From NCBI GenBank assembly GCA_003208875.1, contig QCUR01000003.1:128001-192000 (forward strand): a DNA stretch of 64,000 nt. The letters are read 5' to 3'. The notes under the pieces were generated by a model. It made no database searches and was not told the DNA's origin. It was given only the letters and a program-made list of their open reading frames with translations. Shown in pieces: positions 22,087 to 33,568 of this stretch. The number at the start of each line of letters is the position of its first letter. The stretch's first letter is position 1. Origin of the DNA: Prochlorococcus sp. AG-679-M23 (GTDB taxonomy: Bacteria; Cyanobacteriota; Cyanobacteriia; PCC-6307; Cyanobiaceae). A program made the position numbers and the translations under genes.

Positions 22087-23463
22087 ATGGAAACAAAAGT
22101 GAAAGAGGACAATGTAGAAAATTTAGTGATAATAGGCTCTGGTCCAGCAGGTTATACAGCTGCTATATATGCAGCCCGTGCAAACCTTCAACCTCTTTTA
22201 GTAACGGGATTTAATTCTGGTGGAATTCCAGGTGGTCAATTAATGACGACTACTTTCGTTGAAAACTATCCAGGTTTTCCTGATGGAGTATTAGGTCCTG
22301 AATTAATGGATTTAATGAAAGCTCAAGCCGAAAGATGGGGTACAAATTTATATGAAAGTGATGTTATTTCAATTGATACCAGCAAAAGTCCTTTTGAGTT
22401 ACAAACCTTAGAAGGAGTCATTAAATCCAATTCAATTATTATCGCAACTGGCGCAAGTGCTAACAGGTTAGGAGTTATAAATGAAGATAAATTTTGGAGC
22501 AAAGGGATAAGTGCCTGCGCAATTTGTGATGGAGCGACGCCACAGTTTAGAGATGAAGAATTAGCAGTTATTGGAGGCGGAGATTCTGCATGTGAAGAAG
22601 CTGCATATCTCACAAAATATGGTAGCAAGGTGCATTTACTCGTTAGATCCGAAAAACTGAGAGCTAGTGCAGCAATGATAGATAGAGTAAAAGCTAATTC
22701 AAAGATTGAGATACACTGGAACACAAAAGTAGAGAAAGCTAATGGTACTGATTGGCTTGAAAACGTTGAAACCATTAACTCACAAAAAGGTAACGTCGAA
22801 ATTAAAGTTAAAGGACTTTTTTATGCTATTGGACACACACCCAATACAAAGTTTTTAAATAATAAAATTGAATTAGATAAAAAAGGATATATCGCTTGTA
22901 AATCAGGGAGACCAGAAACTTCAATAGAAGGTATATTTGCGGCTGGCGATGTTGTAGATTCTGAGTGGAGACAAGGGGTTACAGCTGCTGGGACAGGATG
23001 CATGGCAGCATTAGCTGCTGAGAGATGGTTAGCAGAGAAGAATTTATCAAAAATAATTGTTAGAGAAACAAGCGAGCCAGAGAAAACATTGTCTTCATCA
23101 AGTTTCAATGAAGAGGAGACAAATGAAGATACGTTCGATTTAAATTCCGAATGGCAAAAAGGTAGTTACGCACTGAGGAAGCTTTATCATGAGAGTAATA
23201 AACCAATATTAGTTATTTTTAGCTCACCAAGTTGTGGACCATGCCATGTATTAAAACCACAACTTAAAAGAGTGATTAAGGAATTTGATGGAGCTGTACA
23301 AGGTATAGAAATTGATATAGATAAAGATCAGGAAATCGCTAAACAAGCAGGAATAAATGGAACTCCTACAATACAACTATTTAAAGAAAAATTACTTAAA
23401 AAACAGTGGCAGGGTGTTAAACAACGTAGTGAATTCAAAGAAGCGATACAAAATATCATTTGA
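22087..23463 (+). CDS. trxB: NADPH-thioredoxin reductase fused to a C-terminal thioredoxin (NTRC-type)
   Basis: [26 protein letters not shown], then a C-terminal CGPC thioredoxin domain. Confidence 0.96.
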   Translation: METKVKEDNVENLVIIGSGPAGYTAAIYAARANLQPLLVTGFNSGGIPGGQLMTTTFVENYPGFPDGVLGPELMDLMKAQAERWGTNLYESDVISIDTSKSPFELQTLEGVIKSNSIIIATGASANRLGVINEDKFWSKGISACAICDGATPQFRDEELAVIGGGDSACEEAAYLTKYGSKVHLLVRSEKLRASAAMIDRVKANSKIEIHWNTKVEKANGTDWLENVETINSQKGNVEIKVKGLFYAIGHTPNTKFLNNKIELDKKGYIACKSGRPETSIEGIFAAGDVVDSEWRQGVTAAGTGCMAALAAERWLAEKNLSKIIVRETSEPEKTLSSSSFNEEETNEDTFDLNSEWQKGSYALRKLYHESNKPILVIFSSPSCGPCHVLKPQLKRVIKEFDGAVQGIEIDIDKDQEIAKQAGINGTPTIQLFKEKLLKKQWQGVKQRSEFKEAIQNII

Positions 23464-23479
23464 GCAAATTATTTATTAT

Positions 23480-23746
23480 TTATTTCCTTCTAGCATTATT
23501 TTTAGAATTTCCAGTTCTTGGGCCACCACCTCCTGCATTTCTTTCACGATAGGTGATCCTTCCTCTTGTTAGATCATAAGGACTTATCTCCACAAGTACC
23601 TTATCTCCGGCTAACAATTTAATTCTAAATTTAGTTAACTTACCTGCTGCTCTGCATAAACATTGGTGACCTTCAGGTTGCTCTAAAGTAACCAAATAAA
23701 AACCATTTCCTTGTTCTTTTTCTATCACACCAGATGTTTCGATCAT
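23480..23746 (-). CDS. infA: Translation initiation factor IF-1
   Basis: IKLLAGDKVLVEISPYDLTRGRITYR. Confidence 0.97.
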   Translation of the reverse strand: MIETSGVIEKEQGNGFYLVTLEQPEGHQCLCRAAGKLTKFRIKLLAGDKVLVEISPYDLTRGRITYRERNAGGGGPRTGNSKNNARRK

Positions 23747-23850
23747 TAAATAATTTATTTTCTAGATTTATATTATCAGAAAAGAATAAACAAAATTTAC
23801 CTCAACATAATTACGTCAGATGAAATAAATTAATTGCAAAGAATTTTGAT

Positions 23851-24063
23851 TTATACAAAAAATTTTATTTCATTAATTATTTGTAACTGACCATAATAAA
23901 AATTTGCCTTTGCAATTTTTTCAGGATCATCTAGTTGATCGAAAAAGACAAATCCTAAACTCTCCCATAAAGATGAGCCACAAACATTATTTAATTCATT
24001 AGTTGCCTCTTGAGCGATATTATTCAACTTACGCTCAAGATTTTTAGATTTAGAAATTGACAT
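23851..24063 (-). CDS. Hypothetical protein
   Basis: 70-aa ORF with ATG start. Confidence 0.65.
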   Translation of the reverse strand: MSISKSKNLERKLNNIAQEATNELNNVCGSSLWESLGFVFFDQLDDPEKIAKANFYYGQLQIINEIKFFV

Positions 24064-24115
24064 CAGAAAAACTATTTATAGTACAAATATACTATAAAAC
24101 TTACTTAATGCAACC

Positions 24116-25078
24116 TTAGAAAGGGAGTCTCTTTTTTTCTTCAATATTTAGATCAGCTTCCATTTCTTTAAGTCTTTTTAAAATCTGCTGATAATATTCT
24201 TTAATGTAACTTTCTAGAGAAGTAGAATCTTCTTTTTTAAGTTCTAACACTTCATAAGTATTACTCATATCAGCGTCTAAGGGGACTCCACTACTAGTAA
24301 CTTCAGCGAAGGCTAATCTTTCAGAAACATTTAGTGCATCTTGAAAAAATGAAACCACATTTTGAGTTGCTTTTATTAGAAAAGGCGAAACTCTAAAAAT
24401 CTTTGCTTTCTTATTACTATATTTTTCGCATAAAGAAATTACTTCATCAGAATCCCAGGCCCTTGGTCCAACTAAAGGAAGTGAAAGCTTATAAGATTTT
24501 GGCTTATTTATTGAGGAAACGACAATTTTAGCCATATCTTGGGTGTTCATATACGCGATTTTAGTTGGGGTGCCACTCATCCATACGGCTTGACTGTCTA
24601 AAACAGGTATAGCGAATTGACTAATGACACCTTGCATAAAAGCAGCGCATTTGAAAATTGTATAGTCAAAATTAGATTTCTCTAGAAGTTTTTCAGTGCA
24701 ATACTTAACATCCATTAAGGGTACATTTCTAAACTTTTCTGTTGATAAAATCGAGAAAAAAATAACCCTTTTTATTTTTTTCGATTCACAAGCATTAAAA
24801 AGATTAAGTTTACCGTCCCAGTCAGTTTCATATATACTTTTGGAATCTTCGGGTCTTCCAGTTGCGCTATCAATAACTACTTCAATATCTTGTAGAGCAT
24901 AATCTATATCACCAGAGTTTAGTAAATTTCCTTTTGTAAGTTCACAACCCCATTCTTGGAGAAAAGAAGCTTTCCTAGGATTCCTAACGAAACATCTAAC
25001 TTCATGCCCTTCTTCAATAGCTTGTTTTGCTATCTGCCTTCCAAGAGTTCCTGTTGCACCTACTAAAAGAATCTTCAT
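24116..25078 (-). CDS. NmrA/Ycf39-like NAD(P)-binding protein
   Basis: ILLVGATGTLGRQI Rossmann motif; CFVRNPRKA.FL.EWG. Confidence 0.9.
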   Translation of the reverse strand: MKILLVGATGTLGRQIAKQAIEEGHEVRCFVRNPRKASFLQEWGCELTKGNLLNSGDIDYALQDIEVVIDSATGRPEDSKSIYETDWDGKLNLFNACESKKIKRVIFFSILSTEKFRNVPLMDVKYCTEKLLEKSNFDYTIFKCAAFMQGVISQFAIPVLDSQAVWMSGTPTKIAYMNTQDMAKIVVSSINKPKSYKLSLPLVGPRAWDSDEVISLCEKYSNKKAKIFRVSPFLIKATQNVVSFFQDALNVSERLAFAEVTSSGVPLDADMSNTYEVLELKKEDSTSLESYIKEYYQQILKRLKEMEADLNIEEKKRLPF

Positions 25079-25136
25079 ACTTAAGGATGTTCTTAACTTT
25101 TCGAGATTAACTCACTTTCTATAGTATTCGTGAGAA

Positions 25137-25235
25137 TCAATCTCCTTGAAATTTTAATAATAATGCACCACCAACCAATCCAATTGGTATCAATATCCAA
25201 AACACAGCAGCAATACTAAAAATTTCTTTGGCCAT
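25137..25235 (-). CDS. petM: Cytochrome b6f subunit VII (PetM), not in the ORF track
   Basis: [32 protein letters not shown]. Confidence 0.92.
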
Positions 25236-25347
25236 AGGAAACTTAATCAATTATTATAATTTAACGTTTATATGCATTTTTTTGTAGAAAAAATAACTAA
25301 TGCAAATATCTTTAAATTATTTAAGAGAGGAATAAAGGGTTATTTAT

Positions 25348-26292
25348 ATGAACTCTATCGATAAATCGCAAGAAAGAAACAAATCTAATTATTGGTATTG
25401 GAACGGATTTAAAATTTTTTGGAGTGTTAAAGGTGAAGATAATACACATCCAATGATTTTGCTTCACGGGTTCGGCGCAAGTAGTAAACATTGGAGAAAT
25501 AATTCTTACTACTTTGCTCAAAAAGGATATTCTGTTTACTCAATAGATTTAATTGGATTTGGCAATTCAGCACAGCCAGGAATTAAAGACATAGGGAAAT
25601 TAGATAATGGAGTTTGGTGTAATCAAGTCAGTGATTTTATTAAACAAGTAATCAGGCCAAAGACTTCTAAGAAGATAATTTTAATAGGAAATTCTTTAGG
25701 TTCTTTAGTAGCTTTAACATGCGCAGTCTATTTAAAGAATGAAATATTATCAGTTATCGCATCTCCTCTTCCAGATCCTCTAGTAATTAAAAAAAAGGAA
25801 TCAGAACTTAATTCGATTTTTGAAAAATTTAGAATCAAACTTATAAAAATATTTTTCAGAATATTTCCTTTAGAAATAGTTCTATTTTTAATAAGTAAAT
25901 TGGGAATAATAAAATTAGGACTTAATTCTGCATATTTCAAAAAAGATAAAGTAGATAAAGAATTAATAAATATTGTTAGTAAACCAGTTTTAAGAAAGAC
26001 TTCGGCAAGAGCACTAAGAGCTATGTGCATTGGTATGGCAACAAGGGGAGATAAGTTAAGGGCCTCTTACCTTTTGGAACAACTTAGTCTTTCAAAAAAA
26101 ATTCCTTTTTTATTGTTGTGGGGAGAAAAGGATAATTTCATACCTTTATTTCTTGGCAAAAAGATTGCAAAATTCCATAGATGGGTAGAATTGAAAATAA
26201 TATCCAATTCAGGCCATTGTGTTCATGATGAAGATCCTTCATTATTTAATAAAATTTCTTATGAATGGATTAGAGACTTAAAAACCTATTAA
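25348..26292 (+). CDS. Alpha/beta fold hydrolase
   Basis: LLHGFGAS..HWR, DLIGFG.S, GNSLG and GHC.HDE motifs. Confidence 0.92.
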   Translation: MNSIDKSQERNKSNYWYWNGFKIFWSVKGEDNTHPMILLHGFGASSKHWRNNSYYFAQKGYSVYSIDLIGFGNSAQPGIKDIGKLDNGVWCNQVSDFIKQVIRPKTSKKIILIGNSLGSLVALTCAVYLKNEILSVIASPLPDPLVIKKKESELNSIFEKFRIKLIKIFFRIFPLEIVLFLISKLGIIKLGLNSAYFKKDKVDKELINIVSKPVLRKTSARALRAMCIGMATRGDKLRASYLLEQLSLSKKIPFLLLWGEKDNFIPLFLGKKIAKFHRWVELKIISNSGHCVHDEDPSLFNKISYEWIRDLKTY

Positions 26293-26295
26293 AAT

Positions 26296-26820
26296 ATGAA
26301 ACATACATTATCAGTACTTGTTGAAGACGAATCAGGGGCATTAAGTAGAATCTCAGGTCTATTTGCTAGAAGAGGTTTTAATATCGATAGTCTCGCTGTT
26401 GGGCCTGCAGAAACTAAGGGGATTTCAAGATTAACGATGGTAGTAGAGGGTGATAATGAAACCCTTCAACAAATGACAAAACAACTTAATAAATTATTTA
26501 ATGTTCTTGGAGTCGTTGATTTTACAAACCTTGCTGCAGTTGAAAGGGAATTAATGCTTCTCAAAGTATCGTCAAAAGAAGATACTAGAAGTAATATTTT
26601 AGATATCGTTCAAATATTTAGAGCAAAAGTAGTAGATGTGTCAGATATTGCTTTAACTCTTGAAGTGGTGGGAGATCCAGGAAAATTAGTTGCTTTGGAA
26701 AAGCTTCTTGAACCATATGGAATACTTGAAATTGCAAGAACAGGGAAAGTTGCTCTTAAGCGATCTTCTGGAGTAAATACTGAAATGTTAAAAATAAATA
26801 AATACTCTTTAGAGATTTAA
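26296..26820 (+). CDS. ilvH: Acetolactate synthase small subunit
   Basis: [36 protein letters not shown] domain. Confidence 0.97.
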   Translation: MKHTLSVLVEDESGALSRISGLFARRGFNIDSLAVGPAETKGISRLTMVVEGDNETLQQMTKQLNKLFNVLGVVDFTNLAAVERELMLLKVSSKEDTRSNILDIVQIFRAKVVDVSDIALTLEVVGDPGKLVALEKLLEPYGILEIARTGKVALKRSSGVNTEMLKINKYSLEI

Positions 26821-27476
26821 TTAGAAATTATGATTTCATAAATCAAATCTTCTCTATCTATTTCCTTTAATATTTCTATCCCTTTAACAACTTTTCCAAA
26901 GATTGAATATCTTCCATCTAATTCGGGGAATTTATTAGTTACAAAGAAAAACTCTGTAGAAGAAGAATTCCTTTCTCCACTTTTAACCATAGCTAATGAT
27001 CCCTTTTCAAAAAAGTTAGTCAAAGTTTCAATTCCTGCGGGATCTAAAATTTGGTAACCATATTTTGGTTCGATTTCTTTTTTTAATTTTATTTCCAAGG
27101 GAATATTTCTTCTAAGTTTGTTTAAGTTTTGATTTTCTTTTTTGTAATAATTGTTTTCTGGATAAATACCTGAATGAATTACTTTAACTTGAGGAAAATT
27201 AATTATCTTATAAAACCTTTTATTTTTATAGATATTTTTATTTACATTTTGAATAAAATTGCTTACTGTAACTGGTTTATTTTTTCCATATAATTGAACA
27301 TCAATATTACCCTTTGAAGTCTTGAAAACTACTCTTTGGTTCTTTTTTAAACAGTTAAGATCGAGCTTTTTACAATAAAAATTAGAATCAAAAGTATTTT
27401 TATAACTGCAACCTGTAATTAATAATAAAAATATCTTAAAAAATATAAGTGGTTTTAATAAATAAAATCTTCTTAT
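26817..27476 (-). CDS. Cyclophilin-type peptidyl-prolyl isomerase, probable lipoprotein
   Basis: Frame is open far upstream of the ORF-track start: LLLITGC lipobox, [30 protein letters not shown] and [11 protein letters not shown]; start codon uncertain (ATA proposed). Confidence 0.8.
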   Translation of the reverse strand: MRRFYLLKPLIFFKIFLLLITGCSYKNTFDSNFYCKKLDLNCLKKNQRVVFKTSKGNIDVQLYGKNKPVTVSNFIQNVNKNIYKNKRFYKIINFPQVKVIHSGIYPENNYYKKENQNLNKLRRNIPLEIKLKKEIEPKYGYQILDPAGIETLTNFFEKGSLAMVKSGERNSSSTEFFFVTNKFPELDGRYSIFGKVVKGIEILKEIDREDLIYEIIISN

Positions 27477-28030
27477 TTTAAACCCTCCAAATTTACATTT
27501 AGAAATTTGGCTAATCTTGCTCCTTCCTCTTCAACTTGAAGCAACGGTTTAAGTTCTCCTGCGCCACTCAAAGGAAGTGCTTTTTTTCTGCCTTTAAGAA
27601 CTAATGCAATTCTTCTTCTTGGATTAAATCCTTCACTTATATCAAGTTTTACTGACTTAATTTCATCGAAACTTAATTTAACTTCAATATCCTTAAATAA
27701 TCCTTTTCTTTTAATTTCAATAGATTGAGAATCTTTATCAAAAAAGTTATAACCAGAACCGAAATTTATAAAAACCAAATACCATAAATAAATATTAAGC
27801 AAATTCGCTATTACTCCATAAGCACCCATTATTATTCCCTGAGGGATAAAAAGTAAGGTTGAAGGATTACCTAAAGGGAGCAAATCTCTACCTGTATAGC
27901 TTGAGATCGCAGCTAAGATAAAACCTATACCGCCAATAGATAACATTCCTCCAATAAGGTAGTTCGATATTTTTCTTGAACCATTGATTTTTTGTTCAAT
28001 TTTGTTAAAGGAAGAGAGATTTGATTGCAT
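27473..28030 (-). CDS. ycf4: Photosystem I assembly protein Ycf4
   Basis: GSRKISNY, FIPQGIIM, EGFNPRR and LAKFLNV.LEGL motifs. Confidence 0.97.
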   Translation of the reverse strand: MQSNLSSFNKIEQKINGSRKISNYLIGGMLSIGGIGFILAAISSYTGRDLLPLGNPSTLLFIPQGIIMGAYGVIANLLNIYLWYLVFINFGSGYNFFDKDSQSIEIKRKGLFKDIEVKLSFDEIKSVKLDISEGFNPRRRIALVLKGRKKALPLSGAGELKPLLQVEEEGARLAKFLNVNLEGLK

Positions 28031-28214
28031 AATATTTTTATTCTAGATGTCTATTCCTACTAATATAACTTTAAATATAGAGTATTAATACCTAATTTTT
28101 AGCATTAAAGTTAGGAAAGCTTTACAAGGCATTTCATATATACAGATATTTCCCCACTTTACTCTCAATCTTTGTTACAGTCTCATCGTATCCCGAAGCT
28201 AAAAACGATTTCTC

Positions 28215-29291
28215 ATGACGATCGCCGTTGGAAGCGCCCCACAGAGAGGATGGTTTGATGTCCTTGATGATTGGTTAAAGCGCGACAGGTTTGTATTTAT
28301 TGGTTGGTCCGGTTTACTACTTCTACCTTGTGCATATCTTGCAATAGGTGGATGGTTTGTCGGAACAACATTTGTTACCTCTTGGTACACACATGGTATT
28401 GCATCTTCATATCTTGAAGGAGCAAACTTTTTGACAGCAGCTGTAAGTACCCCTGGAGATGCCATGGGTCACAGTCTTCTATTTTTATGGGGTCCAGAAG
28501 CCCAAGGTAGTTTCGTAAGATGGCTACAACTTGGTGGTCTTTGGAACTTTGTTGCATTACATGGAGTATTTGGCCTTATTGGTTTCATGCTTCGTCAATT
28601 TGAAATTGCTGGTCTTGTAGGTATCCGACCTTACAACGCACTTGCTTTTTCAGCTGTAATTGCAGTTTTTACAAGTATCTTCCTTATCTACCCACTAGGA
28701 CAGCATAGTTGGTTCTTTGCACCATCATTTGGTGTTGCTGCAATCTTCCGTTATATCTTGTTCATTCAAGGTTTTCACAATATTACCCTTAATCCTTTTC
28801 ACATGATGGGTGTTGCTGGAATTCTTGGTGGTGCACTTCTTTGCGCTATCCACGGAGCTACAGTTCAAAACACATTATATGAAGATACAAGTGTTTACAC
28901 AGACGGTAAAGTTCAAAGTTCAACCTTTAGAGCTTTCGATCCAACACAAGAAGAAGAAACTTATTCAATGATTACAGCGAATAGATTCTGGAGCCAAATT
29001 TTTGGTATTGCTTTCTCTAATAAGAGATTCCTTCACTTCTTGATGCTATTTGTACCTGTTATGGGTATGTGGACATCTTCAATTGGTATTGTTGGTTTAG
29101 CACTTAACTTAAGAGCTTACGATTTCGTTAGCCAAGAGATAAGAGCTGCAGAAGATCCAGAATTTGAAACATTCTACACAAAGAATATACTTCTGAACGA
29201 AGGTATGCGAGCATGGATGTCTTCTGTGGATCAACCACACGAAAACTTTGTATTCCCTGAGGAGGTTCTTCCGCGTGGAAACGCCCTTTAA
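28215..29291 (+). CDS. psbD: Photosystem II D2 protein
   Basis: [16 protein letters not shown] ... [10 protein letters not shown]. Confidence 0.99.
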   Translation: MTIAVGSAPQRGWFDVLDDWLKRDRFVFIGWSGLLLLPCAYLAIGGWFVGTTFVTSWYTHGIASSYLEGANFLTAAVSTPGDAMGHSLLFLWGPEAQGSFVRWLQLGGLWNFVALHGVFGLIGFMLRQFEIAGLVGIRPYNALAFSAVIAVFTSIFLIYPLGQHSWFFAPSFGVAAIFRYILFIQGFHNITLNPFHMMGVAGILGGALLCAIHGATVQNTLYEDTSVYTDGKVQSSTFRAFDPTQEEETYSMITANRFWSQIFGIAFSNKRFLHFLMLFVPVMGMWTSSIGIVGLALNLRAYDFVSQEIRAAEDPEFETFYTKNILLNEGMRAWMSSVDQPHENFVFPEEVLPRGNAL

Positions 29292-30657
29292 TAATTTACT
29301 AAGAGCTCCTAACCAGAGTATTGAAGAAACTGGTTACGCTTGGTACGTAGGTAACGCCAGATTAATTAATTTATCTGGACGTTTACTTGGAGCACACATT
29401 GCACACTCTGGCCTAATAGTATTTTGGGCTGGAGCAATGATGTTATTCGAAGTAAGCCATTTCACATTTGATAAACCAATGTGGGAACAAGGCTTGATTT
29501 GCATGCCTCACGTTGCAATGTTTGGGTTTGGAATTGGCCCTGGTGGTGAAGTTACTTCTGTATATCCCTTCTTTGTTGCAGGTGTTATACATTTAATTTC
29601 CTCAGCAGTTTTAGGTTTTGGAGGAATTTATCACTCTTTAGCTGGCCCAGAAAAGCTCGAGCAAGATTTTCCTTTCTTTTCAACTGACTGGAGAGATAAA
29701 AACCAAATGACTAATATATTGGGTTATCACCTAGTAGTTTTAGGGGTTGGTGCTTTATTTTTCGTAGCCGATTGGATGTTTATCGGTGGTGCTTATGACA
29801 CATGGGCTCCCGGTGGAGGAGAAGTTAGATTGGTTAGTCCAACTTTAGATCCAAGAGTAATACTTGGTTATCTATTTAGGTCTCCATGGGGAGGTGCTGG
29901 TTCAATTATCGGTGTTAACTCAATTGAAGACATTGTTGGAGGCCATGTATACGTTGGTATAACTGCAATTATTGGTGGTTTATTCCATATCTTCACAAAA
30001 CCCTTTGGATGGGCTAGAAGAGCATTCATTTGGAATGGAGAAGGACTTCTAAGTTATGCACTTGGTGGAATCTGTGTTGCAAGTTTTATTGCATCAACTT
30101 TCATCTGGTTTAACAATACTGCTTACCCTTCAGAATTCTATGGCCCAACAAACGCTGAAGCTTCACAGGCCCAAAGCTTTACTTTCCTTGTGAGAGATCA
30201 AAGAATAGGAGCTAATGTAGGTTCAACAATGGGACCAACAGGATTAGGTAAGTATCTCATGAGATCTCCTACAGGTGAAATTATATTTGGTGGTGAAACA
30301 ATGAGATTTTGGGATTTCAGAGGACCATGGTTAGAACCTTTAAGAGGACCTAACGGATTGAGCCTTGAGAAAATTCAAAATGATATTCAGCCTTGGCAAG
30401 TTAGAAGAGCAGCTGAATATATGACTCATGCACCTAATGCTTCTATCAACTCCGTTGGTGGTATCATTACTGAGCCTAATGCTGTTAACTTTGTTAACTT
30501 AAGACAATGGTTAGCTGCAGCTCAATTCTTCCTAGGATGGTTTACATTCATCGGTCACCTTTGGCATGCAGGTCGTGCTAGAGCAGCCGCTGCCGGTTTC
30601 GAAAAAGGAATTGACAGAAAGAGTGAGCCAGCTCTAGAAATGCCAGATATTGATTAA
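29275..30657 (+). CDS. psbC: Photosystem II CP43
   Basis: [28 protein letters not shown] start overlapping the psbD end, with GGAGG at 29261-29265. Confidence 0.99.
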   Translation: METPFNNLLRAPNQSIEETGYAWYVGNARLINLSGRLLGAHIAHSGLIVFWAGAMMLFEVSHFTFDKPMWEQGLICMPHVAMFGFGIGPGGEVTSVYPFFVAGVIHLISSAVLGFGGIYHSLAGPEKLEQDFPFFSTDWRDKNQMTNILGYHLVVLGVGALFFVADWMFIGGAYDTWAPGGGEVRLVSPTLDPRVILGYLFRSPWGGAGSIIGVNSIEDIVGGHVYVGITAIIGGLFHIFTKPFGWARRAFIWNGEGLLSYALGGICVASFIASTFIWFNNTAYPSEFYGPTNAEASQAQSFTFLVRDQRIGANVGSTMGPTGLGKYLMRSPTGEIIFGGETMRFWDFRGPWLEPLRGPNGLSLEKIQNDIQPWQVRRAAEYMTHAPNASINSVGGIITEPNAVNFVNLRQWLAAAQFFLGWFTFIGHLWHAGRARAAAAGFEKGIDRKSEPALEMPDID

Positions 30658-30672
30658 CTCTAATCAATTTTC

Positions 30673-30700
30673 AAAAGACCCTTTTTAAGGGTCTTTTTTT
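30673..30700. terminator. Bidirectional intrinsic terminator between psbC and maf
   Basis: AAAAGACCCTT / AAGGGTCTTTT inverted repeat followed by a T-tract. Confidence 0.85.
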
Positions 30701-31326
30701 TATGGGAAAATTCCTTCCTTAATAAGACTCTTTCTAAGCCATGGCAAACTTAAACCCATTACATTACTAAAACAACCATCTATCCTTTCGATATATTTAC
30801 CTCCCTTGCCCTCTAAAGCAAATCCTCCAGCACAATATAAAGGTTCAAGAGAGTCAACATAATTTTTTATCTCTTCATCTTGCAATTTAGAAAAATATAC
30901 TTTAGAACTTACTGTTTTTTTAATTTTCTTTGTCACTTTTAGTATTTTTGAACTTGAGTCAAAAGTACTAAAAAGTAATGTATGTCCCGTATGGAGAAAA
31001 CCAAATTCTCCAGACATTTGTGACCATCTTCTATATGCCTCTTCTTTATCTGATGGTTTTCCGAAAGGTCTTCCATTAAATTCGAATATTGAATCACAAC
31101 CAAGAATTTCTACAGAACTATAATTAAACTTTTCTGGTAAGTCTATTTCTTGGATATTAAGAGCAATCCTACTAGCTTTTTGAAAAGACAATTCGAGAGT
31201 TAAATTAGATATATCTTTCTCTTTTACTAAATCTTCATCAAAATTACTTGATATTTGAATAAATTCGATTTGAGAATTTTCTAGTAATTTCTTTCTAGAT
31301 TGAGAAGCAGAAGCTAGAATTAACAC
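30700..31326 (-). CDS. maf: Maf nucleoside triphosphate pyrophosphatase
   Basis: [25 protein letters not shown] and NVMGL motifs. Confidence 0.95.
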   Translation of the reverse strand: MLILASASQSRKKLLENSQIEFIQISSNFDEDLVKEKDISNLTLELSFQKASRIALNIQEIDLPEKFNYSSVEILGCDSIFEFNGRPFGKPSDKEEAYRRWSQMSGEFGFLHTGHTLLFSTFDSSSKILKVTKKIKKTVSSKVYFSKLQDEEIKNYVDSLEPLYCAGGFALEGKGGKYIERIDGCFSNVMGLSLPWLRKSLIKEGIFP

Positions 31327-31393
31327 AAATTTTTTTATCTAATTATAATTCAATTTACTTATTAATAAATTTCAAGATTAATATAAATTACTA

Positions 31394-32923
31394 ATGGAAT
31401 TAATAGAAAAACTACAACCTATTAAAAAGCCCTTAATGGTTTTAGGTACATCTAGCGGGGCAGGTAAATCTTTAACAGTTACGGCCATAGGCAGGATTCT
31501 TAAAAATTCAGGAGAAAAACCAATACCTTTTAAAGGCCAAAATATGAGTAACAATGCATGGGTTGATTGGAATGGCGGAGAGATGGCATTTTCTCAAGCT
31601 TTACAAGCATTTGCTTGCGGGATAATTCCTTCTTCGGAGATGAATCCTATCCTATTAAAACCACAAGGGAATTCAACTAGTGAAGTCATTCATTTAGGAA
31701 GAAGTATGGGTATCACAACAGCAAAAGATTACTACAAAGATTGGTTTTCCTCTGGATGGGAAGTAATTAAAGAAAGTTTGAATTCAATATATGAACGACA
31801 CCCAAATTGTCGTTTAATTATTGAGGGGGCAGGAAGTCCTGTAGAGATGAATTTAATTCACAGAGACCTTACGAACTTAAGAGTTGCAAAGTATTTAAAT
31901 GCGAATTGCATTTTAGTAACTGATATCGAAAGAGGAGGCGTATTTGCTCAAATAATAGGAACTCTTGAGTTAATGAAACCGGAAGAAAGAAAACTCATTA
32001 AAGGTATATTAATAAACAGATTTAGAGGGGACCTTTCATTATTTGAAGAAGGTAAAAAATGGATAGAAAACAAAACAAAAATCCCTGTTTTAGGAATAAT
32101 TCCTTGGTTAAATGATAAATTTCCTCCAGAGGATTCTTTAGATTTATTAGAAAAAAAATCATCTGTAACCAACCCTGAAATAAAGGTTGGAATTATCAAA
32201 TTGCCATCTATAAGTAACTTTTCAGATTTTGATCCATTAGAAAATGAAGAATCAATATTAATCAAATGGGTAATGGAATCTCAAAATTTAAATCAATTTG
32301 ATTTTCTTATTATTCCTGGAAGTAAACAGACTATTCAAGATCAACAATTTCTTAGAGATTCTGGTCTATCAAAAGATATAAAAAATTATTCAAAGAATAA
32401 AGGTAATATTTTTGGAATTTGCGGAGGTTTACAAATGTTAGGAACAATTCTTGAAGACCCATTTTTTAAAGAAGGATCAAAAATCAATTTAGAGAAATCA
32501 ATTAATGGAATTGGATTACTCCCTTTAAAAACAACTTTCCTTCAAAAAAAGATAACAAGGCAAATAAATTCTGAGTCAATTTGGCCGCAAGTTACAGAAA
32601 TCAACGGGTTTGAGATACATAACGGGGTAACTGAATTAGATAATAGTCAAGATACTTTTAAAATAAAACCTATTTTTAAGGATTTAGATCTTGGTTGGTA
32701 TAAAGAAAATATTCAAGGAGGGACTATTGCAGGTACATATATTCATGGAATCTTTGAAAATGATTACTGGCGAGATCACTATTTAAATTTAATTAGAAAA
32801 GGGAAAAACTTACCTTTATTAGACAAGAGAACAAGATCTTATAAAATGAAACGGGAAAACATTATTGATAATCTCGCAAATGAATTTAAAAAAAATTTTA
32901 ATATTTCATCATTGTTAAATTGA
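31394..32923 (+). CDS. cobQ: Cobyric acid synthase
   Basis: GTSSGAGKS, PFKGQNMSNN, EGAGSP.E.NL, GICGGLQMLG and GTYIHG motifs. Confidence 0.97.
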   Translation: MELIEKLQPIKKPLMVLGTSSGAGKSLTVTAIGRILKNSGEKPIPFKGQNMSNNAWVDWNGGEMAFSQALQAFACGIIPSSEMNPILLKPQGNSTSEVIHLGRSMGITTAKDYYKDWFSSGWEVIKESLNSIYERHPNCRLIIEGAGSPVEMNLIHRDLTNLRVAKYLNANCILVTDIERGGVFAQIIGTLELMKPEERKLIKGILINRFRGDLSLFEEGKKWIENKTKIPVLGIIPWLNDKFPPEDSLDLLEKKSSVTNPEIKVGIIKLPSISNFSDFDPLENEESILIKWVMESQNLNQFDFLIIPGSKQTIQDQQFLRDSGLSKDIKNYSKNKGNIFGICGGLQMLGTILEDPFFKEGSKINLEKSINGIGLLPLKTTFLQKKITRQINSESIWPQVTEINGFEIHNGVTELDNSQDTFKIKPIFKDLDLGWYKENIQGGTIAGTYIHGIFENDYWRDHYLNLIRKGKNLPLLDKRTRSYKMKRENIIDNLANEFKKNFNISSLLN

Positions 32924-33171
32924 AACAATCAAAAATTAAAATTATATGGCCAAATAACATCGAGACATATGCCTCAGAAGGAGACGATTGGTTTTCAATT
33001 GCTGAAAAGGTAGGTTTTGAAATTCCAACTGGATGTTTAACGGGGAGTTGTGGAGCTTGTGAAATAGATGTTAATGGCGAAACGGTGAGAGCTTGTATAA
33101 GCAATATTCAAAGTAAAAAAGATTGTTCATTAAGCGTTTCTTTTACTACTGACCCTTTCTGGGAAAATTAA
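32920..33171 (+). CDS. 2Fe-2S ferredoxin-like protein
   Basis: IPTGCLTGSCGACE...RAC. Confidence 0.88.
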   Translation: MKQSKIKIIWPNNIETYASEGDDWFSIAEKVGFEIPTGCLTGSCGACEIDVNGETVRACISNIQSKKDCSLSVSFTTDPFWEN

Positions 33172-33209
33172 ATTATTTAATTATTGAATTATTTTTATTA
33201 AGTACAAAA

Positions 33210-33221
33210 ACGGAGAGGGTG
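33210..33221. repeat. att-like core copy 1 (distal island boundary)
   Basis: ACGGAGAGGGTG, identical to 44630-44641 at the tRNA-Ser 3' end. Confidence 0.9.
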
Positions 33222-33289
33222 AATTACATCACACACCATATAGGTAGATATTGGAATACATGGGACTCATTTTTGAGTAGTAAAGGCAT

Positions 33290-33306
33290 ATCCACCAACA
33301 TATCCA
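33290..33306. repeat. ATCCACCAACA arm-like motif at the cassette A left end
   Basis: ATCCACCAACATATCCA, starting 79 bp from the CGGAG core. Confidence 0.75.
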
Positions 33307-33372
33307 AGAAAACATTATTGGTATGAATAAGAATACTTTGGACGATAATGGAAAAAAAAATATTGAGTTTGC

Positions 33373-33467
33373 AAAAAAAAACCCCTATTTCTAGAGGTTT
33401 TTTTCTGGTTTTACTGAATCAAGTGTTTCCTTGTTTCCACTGTTTCAGTGAAACCTCTCCTACACAC
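33373..33467 (-). ncRNA. yfr2: Yfr2-family sRNA
   Basis: Minus strand: 5' GTGTGTAGGAG leader, hairpin with GGAAACAAGGAAACA in the loop, terminator hairpin plus U9; TAATAT -10 box upstream. Confidence 0.85.
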
Positions 33468-33568
33468 ATACATATATTAGATCATAAAAATTTTTTTCGT
33501 GAAGGGGGTGAGTAATATTACTTAATTGTCACATTTACCAGTTTCGGCCTTTAATACTTAATTGCATT

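Noticed and set aside
29248..29274. ORF-track TTG start for psbC
   Set aside because: GTG at 29275 has a GGAGG site and matches the usual psbD/psbC overlap
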